DNA of 59,040 bases, filler included, from Sphacelaria rigidula (taxonomy: Eukaryota), in the NCBI GenBank assembly GCA_964200075.2. It is 4 parts of 4 records of this genome, joined end to end, with 100 filler letters (N's around TTAATTAATTAA, not from the genome) between each part and the next. Parts side by side here need not be neighbours in the genome. Positions count along the whole stretch, not along the records: positions 44,360 to 59,040 come from CAXNAA020002099.1; 3 more parts are not named here. One strand, 5' to 3'. The notes below the pieces were generated by a model, which was given only the letters and a program-made list of their open reading frames with translations, had not been told where the DNA came from and searched no databases. Of the stretch, positions 48,186 through 59,040 are shown in pieces. A program made the translations under genes and the position numbers. Within the stretch, counting starts at the first letter, position 1, and the number at the start of each line of letters is the position of its first letter.

Positions 48186-50759
48186 GATGGAGCGTGTGCT
48201 CTGTTCGGCACAGGTGCTGCAGAGTTTCGGCACAGGTCCGGTCAGTCGATGGCGTCTTCATTATTCCTCATTATTCCTCCGCGTTTTTTCATTCATTTTT
48301 TGCCCACGGTTGTTTTGGTTGTTATGGCCCCCACTTATCCCCATAATAGTTGTGTGCTCTGACTTGCGCAGATGATGACACTTGTCTCGTGTCTTCCCAC
48401 AACTTGTCGTTGGTATTACATGTACGGTCACGTGGTGAGTCGTGGGTACTGATTCAAAAACACGCTAGCATCCAGTCTTCAAACCGTCTCTGTAGCAGGC
48501 CACAGTAGTTGAAAGGACTAGACTTGAGCGGCCTGAAAAGCAGTTGGCCGAATAATGCTGAGCTTTATTGCGTTTAGCAGGTCGATCGATGACTTCGTTG
48601 ATGGCAGCTGCAAGACAACCGCAAGATTATGCGGCACTGGCGGGTTACAAGGATGGGGTGAGGGATTTTGCTTGTGGCGCTGAGGGCTGCCGGGGAATCG
48701 GGCGACGGAGTTCAACAGCAACAAGGTTCCAGCAGATCGCCATGGGGGGGGAAATCGGGTTCGCCAGATAAAATCTTATACTCGATCAATCGAGAGCGGG
48801 ATGGAAGATACGCGAATGCGTGCCAGATGAACACTCCCCCTTATATAGGAGATCGAAGATTCGATGATGGTTACGATTTTGTTTTTGAAAAGAGAATATG
48901 GTGGGGCAAGAGGTTCCTCGGGGCAGGTTGTACCAAGGTGACATAGGTTTGGTATCCTTCGCTGAGAGTAAAATATCGGGTTGTAAGATACGAAGGTACT
49001 TCTCGAGCAATTTCTGGTTGAGTGAAGAGTAGATGGCGTTCTGTCTACAGTAGGGTGTGCACGTAGTGACCCCGGGGGAGAATTCGAAACCTTCAAGTAA
49101 CATGGGCAGAAATTGAAGCAATACAGCAATATATTTCCATCCCAGCCGATAGCCCCCAATAAAAACGGGGTCACAGAACGATGAATCGCAACGGTAGAGT
49201 CGCCAGCATTGACAACCAGGATACAACTGACAAAGCTAAACGGTACGGAGGCCAGCTGAGCCCACGAACGAGTGGCTGATACTCTCAAACATATCTGCTA
49301 TCATACCCAACTCAAGCAACAAGTTTCCGCATGAAATGCTTTACAGGATAGTCTCGACACCTAAGTACCTACCGTTCTTCAAGCTAAGATGCTGTAAGCA
49401 AGAGCGTCCCTCGAAACTCACGGCAAAGGGGCGAGAGTACGCAAGCACCACAAGAGAATCTAGACTCGAGGTGAGTGAGTGCTGGCCAATGGCCGCCACG
49501 TGAGAAAATAATCGCACATGTTAAATGGCGTCGGTTATCTGCACCCTTCCATAAACGTGTATTTCCTTCGCTGGAGGGGATGGATTTTTCGGCAGATTTA
49601 AGTGTGGAGGGCAACTCTGATTCGAGAACACATTGTCTTGGCACCGCTGCCCATGGCGTGCACACCTGCTCGCACGGTGGCCAGGGTAGGACGACTGGAA
49701 CGGAATCAGTGACTATTCCATCGAGGTGCGACCTGCAAGCCCGCAGTTACCATTAACTCCACCGGCAGTCAAACCACCGAGTTGGGGGGCACCGACGGCC
49801 CATCCCCTTCTCGGAAATCTCCGAGTCAGGATGGCGACGGCAGCGGCAATGGTGAAGAGATCGAGCAACAGCGAGGCAATGGATGATGCCCACACGCCTG
49901 AACCCAAACTGACCGCGCTTGATTGTACGCGGCAACACAGTAGTCTGCAACGACACAATCCTACGGACGACAATGGAATGCTAATACTTGCAAGCTCGAC
50001 GAAATGAGCGGCGAGGCGGACATAACTCCGCTGGACCTGAGACGCAGGGTAATTAAACGTGCGCAGCAACAGACTCGCCCCCACAAGACCAAGCCATTCC
50101 AGCGGACCGATGAAGAAGACGTCCGGTTCGCCACATCGGCGGCGGCCTTTAGAGCAACTAATTTGGGAGGGTCTGGATATATTGGGAACATGGCACATTC
50201 TTGACGTGGGCCATGCATCGAGAGCCGATGGTGATGTGTTGAGAACACCGTACAATAATAGGTGGGATTAAGCGCCATGACAAGTGAGATGACCGGATTG
50301 GTACAGGCGTGAAACATTCAAACGAACTTCACGAAGTCCACGACAGTTTTTGACTAGTTCCAAGTGTATGTTCAGATGACAAGCGGACAGGAACAGATTT
50401 TTCACAAAGTCTCAACACATGTTCAGGTCCAAGGATTACCCTCAATAGGCACGAGTCATCCACGGTAAAACATGCGCTCCCGCCCTAGTATAACCAATCA
50501 ACGGTACGTTCACTACACAAGCATGATCCAACGGAAACTTTCCACGATAGCCCCCCCCCCCCCCCCCCCCTCCCCCTGGTTTGGAGAGCCAAAATCTTCA
50601 CGTAAATCGAAATGGAAGAAGTCGAGCACAACGAGTAGTTGAGAATTCCCACGCATCGGGTCGTTCTCGCCAATGCCGCCCATATGAGGCGCTTCATGCA
50701 GCCTGAACCCAGACATCAGGCGCTGTATGCCATTTTTTTCGTTTTGGGCTGGTTTGGAG

Positions 50760-53700
50760 GGGGGGGGCTATCGTAGAAAGTGTCAACGACATGAAGATGT
50801 ATCTCGCGTATTGAAGAAGTTTCTGCACAATCAGATTTGAAGGAGATTCGCACTTCGTAGAGCCAGAGAGTTCAGCCATCTGTCGGGATGAGTTGTGAGA
50901 GTGCTTGAACCACTGTATGGTCTAGAACACACGGGTAGAATTGTGCTGCCCAGTATTTTTATTGCAAACGTGTGTCCTATAGGCTAATGACGGGTGGGCA
51001 AGTAGCGGTCACACTCATTGCACCAGTGAATGATCTTTTTGTTGGCAACAGGGAGCGTGTAAAACTCAAATAAGGTCTAAATCCAAAGTCTTCCACAAAG
51101 GACCTGGCCAAGTACTGACTTGATGGACAGTTTGCGCATGCAAGCGCAACTAGGAGGAGGAGATGATGACAAATCTCAAGAACCGCCAAGGTTACCACAC
51201 CAGCAAGTGCTTCGAGATGACTCAAAACTGCCCCCACCCCCGGGTCTACTATAAGAAAGACAAGGCAGGTGGATGACGAAGCAGAATGAAGTATGTGTCC
51301 TCATCAAGTAAGGATATCAGCCAATAGCGTACTCCTGGACATGGCGGGTACTAAGCAAGCAGCGTTGCGGCACAGCCACGGCTACACTTACGGAAACCGG
51401 ATGCAGGAGTTGCGTCGTCTCGATAACCTTGACGGGATAAACGAGTTAGGGATTACATTCCATCGCTGTTTGGTTTGAGGACTAGTGCCATACGCCGACG
51501 CAGAGTATGTTAATTCAGGGAATAAACCGTTTGTACGGGGAGGGGGTTGTGATGTGGAATGATTTATTGGTTGATTGAGTGTCGCACATCAATTATTTTA
51601 GTCCCCGAGCGATCACACCGTAGTCACGAGATAGACATCCAAGGTGAACGAATCGGAGGCACCGGCTGAATAAGGTAATGTTGTGATTGTCATGAAACGC
51701 CAATGAATGATATTGGCGTGCTACTCTCCAGTGGACTGTTGCGACAGTTGGCAACATGGAGTTCGACGTACAATTTCGCGGAGTTGAAAAAATGCGGCAT
51801 TCGCGAACTTGAAGAAGTCAGGCGATGGATCGAGAGACTCATACCAATTCGCTGGATAAGGTAGCGCATGGTGGATGGATGCACCATCATACCCCACACT
51901 TGCATCGAGACATATTCCAAAAAGCACTTGATTTCCAGGCATACACTTGCATACATGGTCGAATATCAGTCAAAATATAAATGCCAATTTGAAGAGGCAC
52001 AAGTTCATTTCACCAAGAGAGACACGCCGCCCATTATACCGTACACCAAGAGATTAGTTACTATTCAGTCGGCGAGAAGCTTACCGCCCCTCGAGTTTCA
52101 CTGCTTGTCACTTCCTCGTCTCCGGCAAAAGGCTAGGAATCGTACAGTAGAAGCTAATAAAACGCATCTTCAGGGCATCGAGCATCTCTCCACATCCAAC
52201 TTCTGTCTTGCTACGGGTGAACCGGTCCTCAGCGGGAAAGATAGTAAGCCACTGCTTCCAATTGCTGAGTGTAGTCGAGTTTTGTTTACTCTTCCGACGT
52301 TATTTTGAAGTTTATATCATACTGCTGAGATACTCTTGCATACCCAGAGAACTTAGCGGGCGAGCTAGCAAGGATTGATCCTACAGCTGCAACTCGACTG
52401 TCTTGTACCAGTTTTGATGTTTTGCCTAACTTTACATTACTGAAAGCATCGTTTTCACGAACGAAACTCCAAACGACTGGCACGGCATTCGTCGAACATC
52501 TATCCATGTTAACATGAACAGGCATGTCACTTGCGGCCATACACCTGCATGCGGCGTGTATCGTCCTTTTGATATACATTTGGATTCAGCATCGACAATT
52601 GCGTTCGGCTTCTTCAGTTAAATGCGAGAAATCGACACACGCTTTGAAGAGACAAATGGTGCTTGGCTATCTTATCACAACAGCAGTCGTAGTTGTAATG
52701 CATATCCACCGCGTAGTCGGTAGTTCGTGTACGCTGGAGGTGGGTACCTGCAATGCATACCAACTGCATAGTCGGCAGTATATATATGTATCACGCATAT
52801 CCTTAAAAGCTGTAATGCGGGTTTGTTTGGCGAAAGGTACAGAGTGTCAAGCCAAGCCGACACTAAATTGGAAGAGAGACAGATCGATGTTCGGTGATGA
52901 CCTCAACATAACACAAAAGCCTGCAATTCATATCCGCCATGTTGTCGGTAGTCAGCGTAAGCTGGAGGCGGGTGAGGAAGTGCATTCCTCATGAAACACC
53001 CGTCACGATTGGGCTTCAAGCCAACACTGAATTTGAACAAACACAACATGATTGGTGACGAATGTCATCATAACAAGATGAGAAGCTATAATGCCGGCAG
53101 TCTGTGGTCGCTGATAATTACAAAACTAAAGGTTGTAATACCGGTAGCCCGTGTATGCTAAACACAACAACACTAATCCTAACGCCAACTCTAACAGCTG
53201 TAAAGATGCATATCCATTGCATAGTTAGTAGTCCGTATATGCCAGAAGTGGGTGGGGACATGCATTCTTCGCACAACACTCCCCACGACTGAAAGTGATG
53301 GAGTTTGGCCGATGGGGCAGTTAAGTTAAATGTGAGGCGCCAACATACACTTTGAAGAGGAACATGATACTGGGCTACCGCTTCACAACAACAAGAATAG
53401 CTGTAACGTATATCCACCGCGCGGTCGATAGTCCGTGTATGCTGCAGGTGGGGAGCTGTAATGCAGATCCACCGCATAGTCGGCAGTACATGAATACTGG
53501 AGGTGGGTGGGGACATGCACTTTCCTAATACCACCCCCTACAATTGAGATAGCTCGGTCAAATGTGAGAAGTTGACACTCAGCCCCAGGAGGTGGGGTTT
53601 GGTCAAGGCCAGGCATTAGCGTGGTGGCTGTCAGTAGCGTTGCCACACAGGGTTCAAATGCTAGGGGGAGAAGATCCGAAATAATTGAAACGCGGCAACG

Positions 53701-54000
53701 GTCACGCCTTAGGAGTGAAATACCGGGCGAACACGCTTATATTTTTCGTCACGACAAAGACTTCCGTGAACCACTGGAGAACTGGTGAGTCTACTGCCTC
53801 TACTGCAGGCTTCACGTGAAGCCGATTGGTTGTATTGTACAGAACAATTCGTGGAGACAAACAGGTAGAAATCCAGATAGCTGGCGAACATCCCATGTTC
53901 CAGGGGCAAAGGCACATCAACGTGCGCGACTATTTGTTAGGTCAACTGGTGAGAGAGGATAGACGTCCCTTCGGGTATGCCCAGCAGGCTGACCAGCACG
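50760..54000 (+). mobile_element. Highly decayed Copia RT/RNase H fossil, split by later insertions
   Basis: Collinear degenerate motifs: VLEPLYGLEHTGR (50901-50939), PVNDLFVG (~51022), LGITFHR..GLVPYADAEY (~51446-51510), HPMFQGQRHINVRDYLLGQLV (~53889-53950). It may extend upstream to ~49400. Confidence 0.7.
52690..53525. repeat. Degenerate repeat array built on a ~50-bp core
   Basis: ATATCCACCGCRTAGTCGGYAGT...GCTGGAGGTGGG recurs at about 52701, 52930, 53210, 53410 and 53466. Confidence 0.75.
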
Positions 54001-55133
54001 AGTGTATCAAGACTGGGGCTGTGCCGCTGATTATTATCTTCTCTAGTACCTACAGAACGCTCTGATATAACATCAAGTAGACTGAAGTTTCATGTATGCT
54101 TTTGAGTAACTTTCCTCTTGCGGTGGTGGTTGGTACCCAGCAGCGATGCAAAAGTCCCCTAAAGTCTATGTCCCTGTTGATTAGCCTCAATTTTACGCCT
54201 TGCGCGCGTGGCGCTGTTGGTTAGCAGTTAACTTTCTAGATACCCTGAGGAGAAGCTGCCTTCGCTTTGGGACTTTGGCGTTGCACCTACTTACTGTTAT
54301 ACAAAAACGTTCATAATGAGCTCATGTTTTACTTCTCGTGGATTGTGACGTGTTGGGTGTTTCCTTGCACCTTTCATGATGTGCTCTGAACACCATGAGT
54401 GAAGTCAAGTTCGGGCCGGAAATTTGCAATTTTATATCAGCTGTCCTTGGTCGGAAAGCGTGACGACACGAGCAAACAAAACTAATGTGACGAAAATCAA
54501 CCGGACCACGGCATTGCTGATCCAATGACATGTTCGACAACACCTTGTGAGGCAGGAACCGCGGGGGAAAAGGATTGATCGATCCCTTGAAACCACCGAC
54601 TCGTGCGGAGGAAATGAGGGAAGGCTACCACCCCTACTCCAAAATCACGCCACACGTCCTGGTTCGTGATTTTTCTGTGCAAAATCGCAAACTTGTCATC
54701 TCCCTCATGGCATACATACATCATCGGGACTGTGGCATCACAATACAGTTCGTCCATGTACTGCGCAACCGTGATGCAAACATTGCGCGTGTAATGCGTG
54801 GCGCAAGCACGGACAGATAATCATCTGCGGTTCACTCCACAAAACAGTACCACGCGTAGACTAGACTAAAAGGTATCAAGTGTACAAGCACTTCGAGCCC
54901 TCCCACAGCACTTAGCCCCCACTGTCGCTGCACAACGGGGACGCGAAAGAGGAGTTAAAGGCGAAAAAAAGCACGAGAATAAGTCGGTCTTGATCAAATC
55001 CAGTGACAATAGTACGTTCGACGATCTCTTCGTGAACTTCACGTACACACCACCATAGCACAGTTTTAGATGCGTCTGTCAACGAAACCATACCGGTGCC
55101 CGCATAAATATTCAAACACGCAGAAGCACTCAC

Positions 55134-55311
55134 GCAAGGTTCTTCTCGACGAGCTGATTCCCAACCAGCAAATCGAAGGCCAGGTAATGTGCCCATGCAG
55201 GAAGGATGACTCCGGTATGCTGCTGGAAAAGCTTCACCACGCCAGCGTGTGTAGCCATGTCGGCGAACATCTGTCCGAACCCGCCACCCGAGCTTGAGTT
55301 TATCTCAGTCA
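55134..55311 (-). CDS. ABA4: ABA4-like (DUF4281) membrane protein, middle exon
   Basis: TTTTAG|...GC|GTGAGT. Encodes ...AGVVKLFQQHTGVILPAWAHYLAFDLLVGNQLVEKNLA with the W-x-HYLAFDL-x-VG signature. Confidence 0.9.
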
Positions 55312-58108
55312 CTAAAATCATCGCCGTCATCGAAATTTTGAAGGGGGCAGGTGGAGGGCAGAATAAGAATTATTGCTCAGCTTTGAAAGCGACATGGACG
55401 TTACATCTTGACGACCTGTTCACATTCAGTCTTGAGGGAACTTGGGTTTGCTGAGCCAGGAAAGGAAGGGCTGCAGTGTTGATCGGCATTGCAAGAACAT
55501 ATTGAGGCCCGTCCGGATTATGTGAATGAAGGCTGGGCCTGCACCACAAGAATCGCGTCAAAATCTACAGGTAGCATTCGATCAACCTCTACTCTGACAG
55601 GATTTCAAGAGCTGAAGCCGCTTCTCACGGTGCGAGAAATATCTCCTCGGAAACCATTTCCGCTTTCCCCCTCACCACCATGCCTTTTGCGGCCCAGTCC
55701 GGCCTGGCTCGGCCTGGTCCGGCCGGAACATGTTCGCGCAACCATCAATATTCATGACCTTGGTGTCAACCGCTGGTCAGTAGAACATATGTATCGTCAC
55801 AGCGACGCTCGCCTGCCCCGTTCTCATCGCATCAGACGACCGCATGCTGTGTAGCTACTTTCTATGTAGAGTAGGTGAATACCAGAAGCACGAAAAGTGG
55901 CCACGCGGTCGTCTGATGTGATGAGAACGGAGCAGGCGACCGTGGCTGTGGATGATACCACATTCCCGTAGTCGACGGTTGGCACCACCGGCGAGGCTAG
56001 CAGCTGCTCACAGAGGTTGAAATATTCACTAGGCCAGCACCCAAGTACGGCAGCGCTGCTGCTGTACGGCCATGTTGCTCTACTGCTCATTGTACGGTCT
56101 GTAGTCCTGTGACTGATGGTCCTGGATTTTCGCGCGTGATTTGCGACCAGTTGTTGACCCCCGCACACAAGCTCGTAGCCTCGCCGACGAGCATGGTACT
56201 TCCCTCTACATCTACAACGAACGTGCGAATACTGCAACCCATGTTTGATGCTGACGAAAAGTCTCACGCAACACCGTGGCCGCATTCAGCCTGCAACTTG
56301 TGGGCTCATTGCACACATCGGACAGCCAATGAGCTACCTGAATATTTTTTCTCGTTAGTGCGCTAATGCGGATCATGAGCTGGCTTATTTGGACCCTTTC
56401 TCCATAGTTGCTCCCTGCACCGCTGGACGCCGGCGGAGTAGCGCGAAGGTATCGCTTCGGCTTCGCGGACCCCACTGTCACTTACTCGATTTCTTGGATA
56501 AAGTATCTGAGAGTCCTCTTCGGTGTTATAATAGCCATTTGAGGTAGCTTATGAGCTGCCCGATATGCGGTTCATCAAGAAACAACGAGGAGTCAATGGA
56601 CAAAAGGTCCGGCGATAATTTCTCTCTACTCTTGGTGGGACCAGCTTGTTGCACCCTGACTACGTAAACCATGAGTGCAACTTCCAATGCCGGAATTCCG
56701 GGATGATCGACTGACTGGACTGCTTCCGAATATGTGTGTTTGTTCTTCGTTTAGGATACGTACGCTTTTCATCAGTGATGGGTGCTGTCCTGGTCTGCAT
56801 TGTGTTACACAGGCGTTGGTTCGTTTTCCCTCTTGGTGGTCGTTTACGTTTCCCTCTCCCTTGGTTTGATCAGACCCCCTGGTCGCCAGCGTTCACTCGA
56901 CGCATGTAGGCGTTACAAGGTGTCATTTACTGTTACTCTGGCTGCCATACACTGTGTACCGTTCGTAAAGCTTTCGAATTGTGCGAGTTGTGCGAAAAAA
57001 AAGCTGTTGTACCACGCGATTCCGTCCTTATTCGGGGTAGCCTGACCCATAAACATCATGCTTGCCCGCTACGTTGCCATTCTCCCGCCGCACGACGCAA
57101 CGTTTCCATTGCTCACGGATAGTCGTTGCAAGCTGACACCAGGGACGAGCGCGAAAATTGTTTCTCATCCACGAACCATTCCACATCCTCTGTTCTTCCT
57201 CGATGCGCGGGTGATGCTATATTGTTGTTCGAAATCTTGTTCCGATGAACGCCAACCAGGAAAAATGATCAATCTGTTCAGCGTTTGGAAGGGTCTTCAG
57301 CGTCCGTCAGGTGAATTCTCGAAAAAAAAAAACTTACAACTTCTTCCTCGAAAATACTATACCCCGCCCCGCCCGTCCCCGCTAATGGTCATCTGACTAT
57401 GGCACGTAAGATCATGAATACACCCTCCCCGCGCCCCCACCCCCTACGCCCGCCTTAAAGGGTTGGCGTCGGTTGGCAAAGACGCTGTAAAACACGCCAC
57501 CCCCTCCATAAGCTAGCTAGGCAACCGGGTTTTTACTCGCTTGCATTTTGTTTGCCGTAACCATGGTGGTCGCGCTAGATCATGTTGTGCGGGGTGGAAA
57601 ACCTGAACTCCGCGCAAAGGGGATGATCGTACTACGTAGTGTTTTGATGGTGAGGCACCCATGAGGCAGTGTGGCGCCCGTGGCTGTCTCTGGAAGTTGC
57701 CATACGAGAAAATGAGGCGATTTGCTCGAGGCTGTCATCAAAATGCAACAAAATCAGTACGCTTCCAGCCGAACAATCTCAGCAGGATGCACCTCACCCT
57801 TAAAGCGACTCGTCGAACACAACACGGCGCTTCGCGCTTGGTGATTGCGACCCTGTCCGGCGAAAACGCTCAGTCCCGGCTTTGTAGGGATGCGAGGTCG
57901 ATGGTCATGTGACAAGATCATGAGTACACCCCCCTAAGCTTTGTTTTGACAAAATAACCACACGCGTAGTCCGAAAACGTGTGCAATTTCTCCTTGCAGC
58001 GCGATTTCTGCTGCTGATTGAGTAGCCAACTCTGCCTCCGAAATGGACTGCTGCAAGGTATACCACACCGCGATCGCACGCGGAGAATGCACAGCAGAGA
58101 TTGCTTAC

Positions 58109-58179
58109 CGAACGAGGCGGTGTAGATGGCAGCGACGAACAGGACTATGCTGCCTACTAGCGTCTGCCGATGTCTCCAC
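58109..58179 (-). CDS. ABA4: ABA4-like (DUF4281) membrane protein, upstream exon (first exon is outside the contig)
   Basis: CTCAG|...G|GTAAGC. Encodes WRHRQTLVGSIVLFVAAIYTASF. Its phase-1 end joins the next exon in frame. Confidence 0.8.
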
Positions 58180-58319
58180 CTGAGGTGTCACGTGAATAAT
58201 GTGAAAAAACGACAAAAAAAGATTGTTCAGTTCGGAGGGGAACCAAGATATAACAGCGGAAACCAGTGAACGAGTGCAACTATGTGGGTCGAAAGTCCGA
58301 TTATGGGTCTCACGCCACC

Positions 58320-58975
58320 GTTATTGGGGTGAATGGGGCCCGATTTTGGGCACTTTATACAGGGAAAATGGACCGACCAACTACACAGTCAGTTGAATGC
58401 GGAAGAAATGACACCTAGATGAGCCAATCAGTATCAATCACAAGTACACGCGTCACTCGAAATGACGACGGCGCTCATACAAAATGTATTATTGCTACAG
58501 TACATTCTACAACAACCCTGTGACTGACGTTGCTGTACACCTGTGCACAGGGTTACAACAACAGGAGGATAGGAGCTGCTGCTCGTGTTGTTGTTGCGCC
58601 CTTCTTGTTGCAGTATGTTGTTCTGCTCATCTTTCAACGCAGATATCTCGGCAACAAAGCAGAGGATTGGACTGCGGTTTGATGCGTGCGCTTCCCACAC
58701 ACCAGAACTATTCGGTGGCGCGGCAACTTTCCGTAACGCGTGCCGCGGAGCCCGCAGCACTGTGCAAACCGCCAAAATGTACTAAAAAACGCGTCTTCTT
58801 CGACGTTCGGGAGCTTTTCGGATCCGCTGTGGCGAATTGAGCAAATCCGCCGTGGCACTGAATAGATCTAGTGTGTGTGTGCTGGGGGCTCTCAAGTGCC
58901 ACAGGCCGGTTTGCTTCCTATCTCGAGAACTATGCGACAAAAAAATTACAGCTGTCGCGTACTAAACCTGGGTAA
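58320..58975. repeat. Dispersed repeat, copy 2 (intronic)
   Basis: Direct, diverged copy of 47450-48185. Confidence 0.85.
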
Positions 58976-59040
58976 CTTCGGATGGGTGTACTCATGATCA
59001 TGCACGCCATAGTCGTCAGACCATTGACCTCGCATCCCTA

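Larger units (their letters stand above)
57385..59024. repeat. Short dispersed TIR-like motif family
   Basis: ATGGTC..TGACTATGGC.TGCATGATCATGAGTACACCC at 44363, 57386 and 57901, and inverted at 58983-59024. Confidence 0.65.

Noticed and set aside
46812-48657. Possible nested exons within the ABA4-like intron (~46812-46924 minus, ~48581-48657 plus)
   Set aside because: Isolated and without a recognisable product. The ABA4-like protein is complete without them.
52690-53525. Repeat-spacer pattern as a CRISPR array
   Set aside because: The repeats are degenerate and irregularly spaced, the context is a eukaryotic intron, and there are no cas genes.
55824-56285. 153-aa ORF with CEQLLASPVVPTV as an ABA4 upstream exon
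   Set aside because: It has no suitable splice sites. The exon at 58109-58179 fits phase and family pattern better.

Overview
This is eukaryotic, intron-rich and transposon-dense DNA. The exon style, WSC gene and retroelement types suggest a brown alga (Phaeophyceae), but that is inference. The window is not one locus. It is four sequences of 14690, 14687, 14682 and 14681 bp joined by identical 100-bp N44-TTAATTAATTAA-N44 spacers, so it looks like size-sorted, unlinked contigs. Segment 1 holds a decayed Ty3/Gypsy element whose integrase ends in a chromodomain plus a second Tudor/PWWP-like domain. Segment 2 holds MITEs, two TTAA-flanked piggyBac-like non-autonomous elements, tRNA-derived SINE heads and weak exon candidates. 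Segment 3 holds the 3' half of a spliced gene encoding a WSC domain plus three knottin-like (C-x6-C-x5-CC-x4-C-x9/10-C) modules on phase-1 exons. It also holds a structured 1.7-unit tandem repeat, a rearranged Ty1/Copia element with both LTRs, and a Copia gag fragment. Segment 4 holds three exons of an ABA4-like (DUF4281) gene with a 10.5-kb intron containing a fossil Copia element. A MITE family carrying (TTAGGG)n occurs four times. All calls were made by eye, and no searches or folding programs were run.
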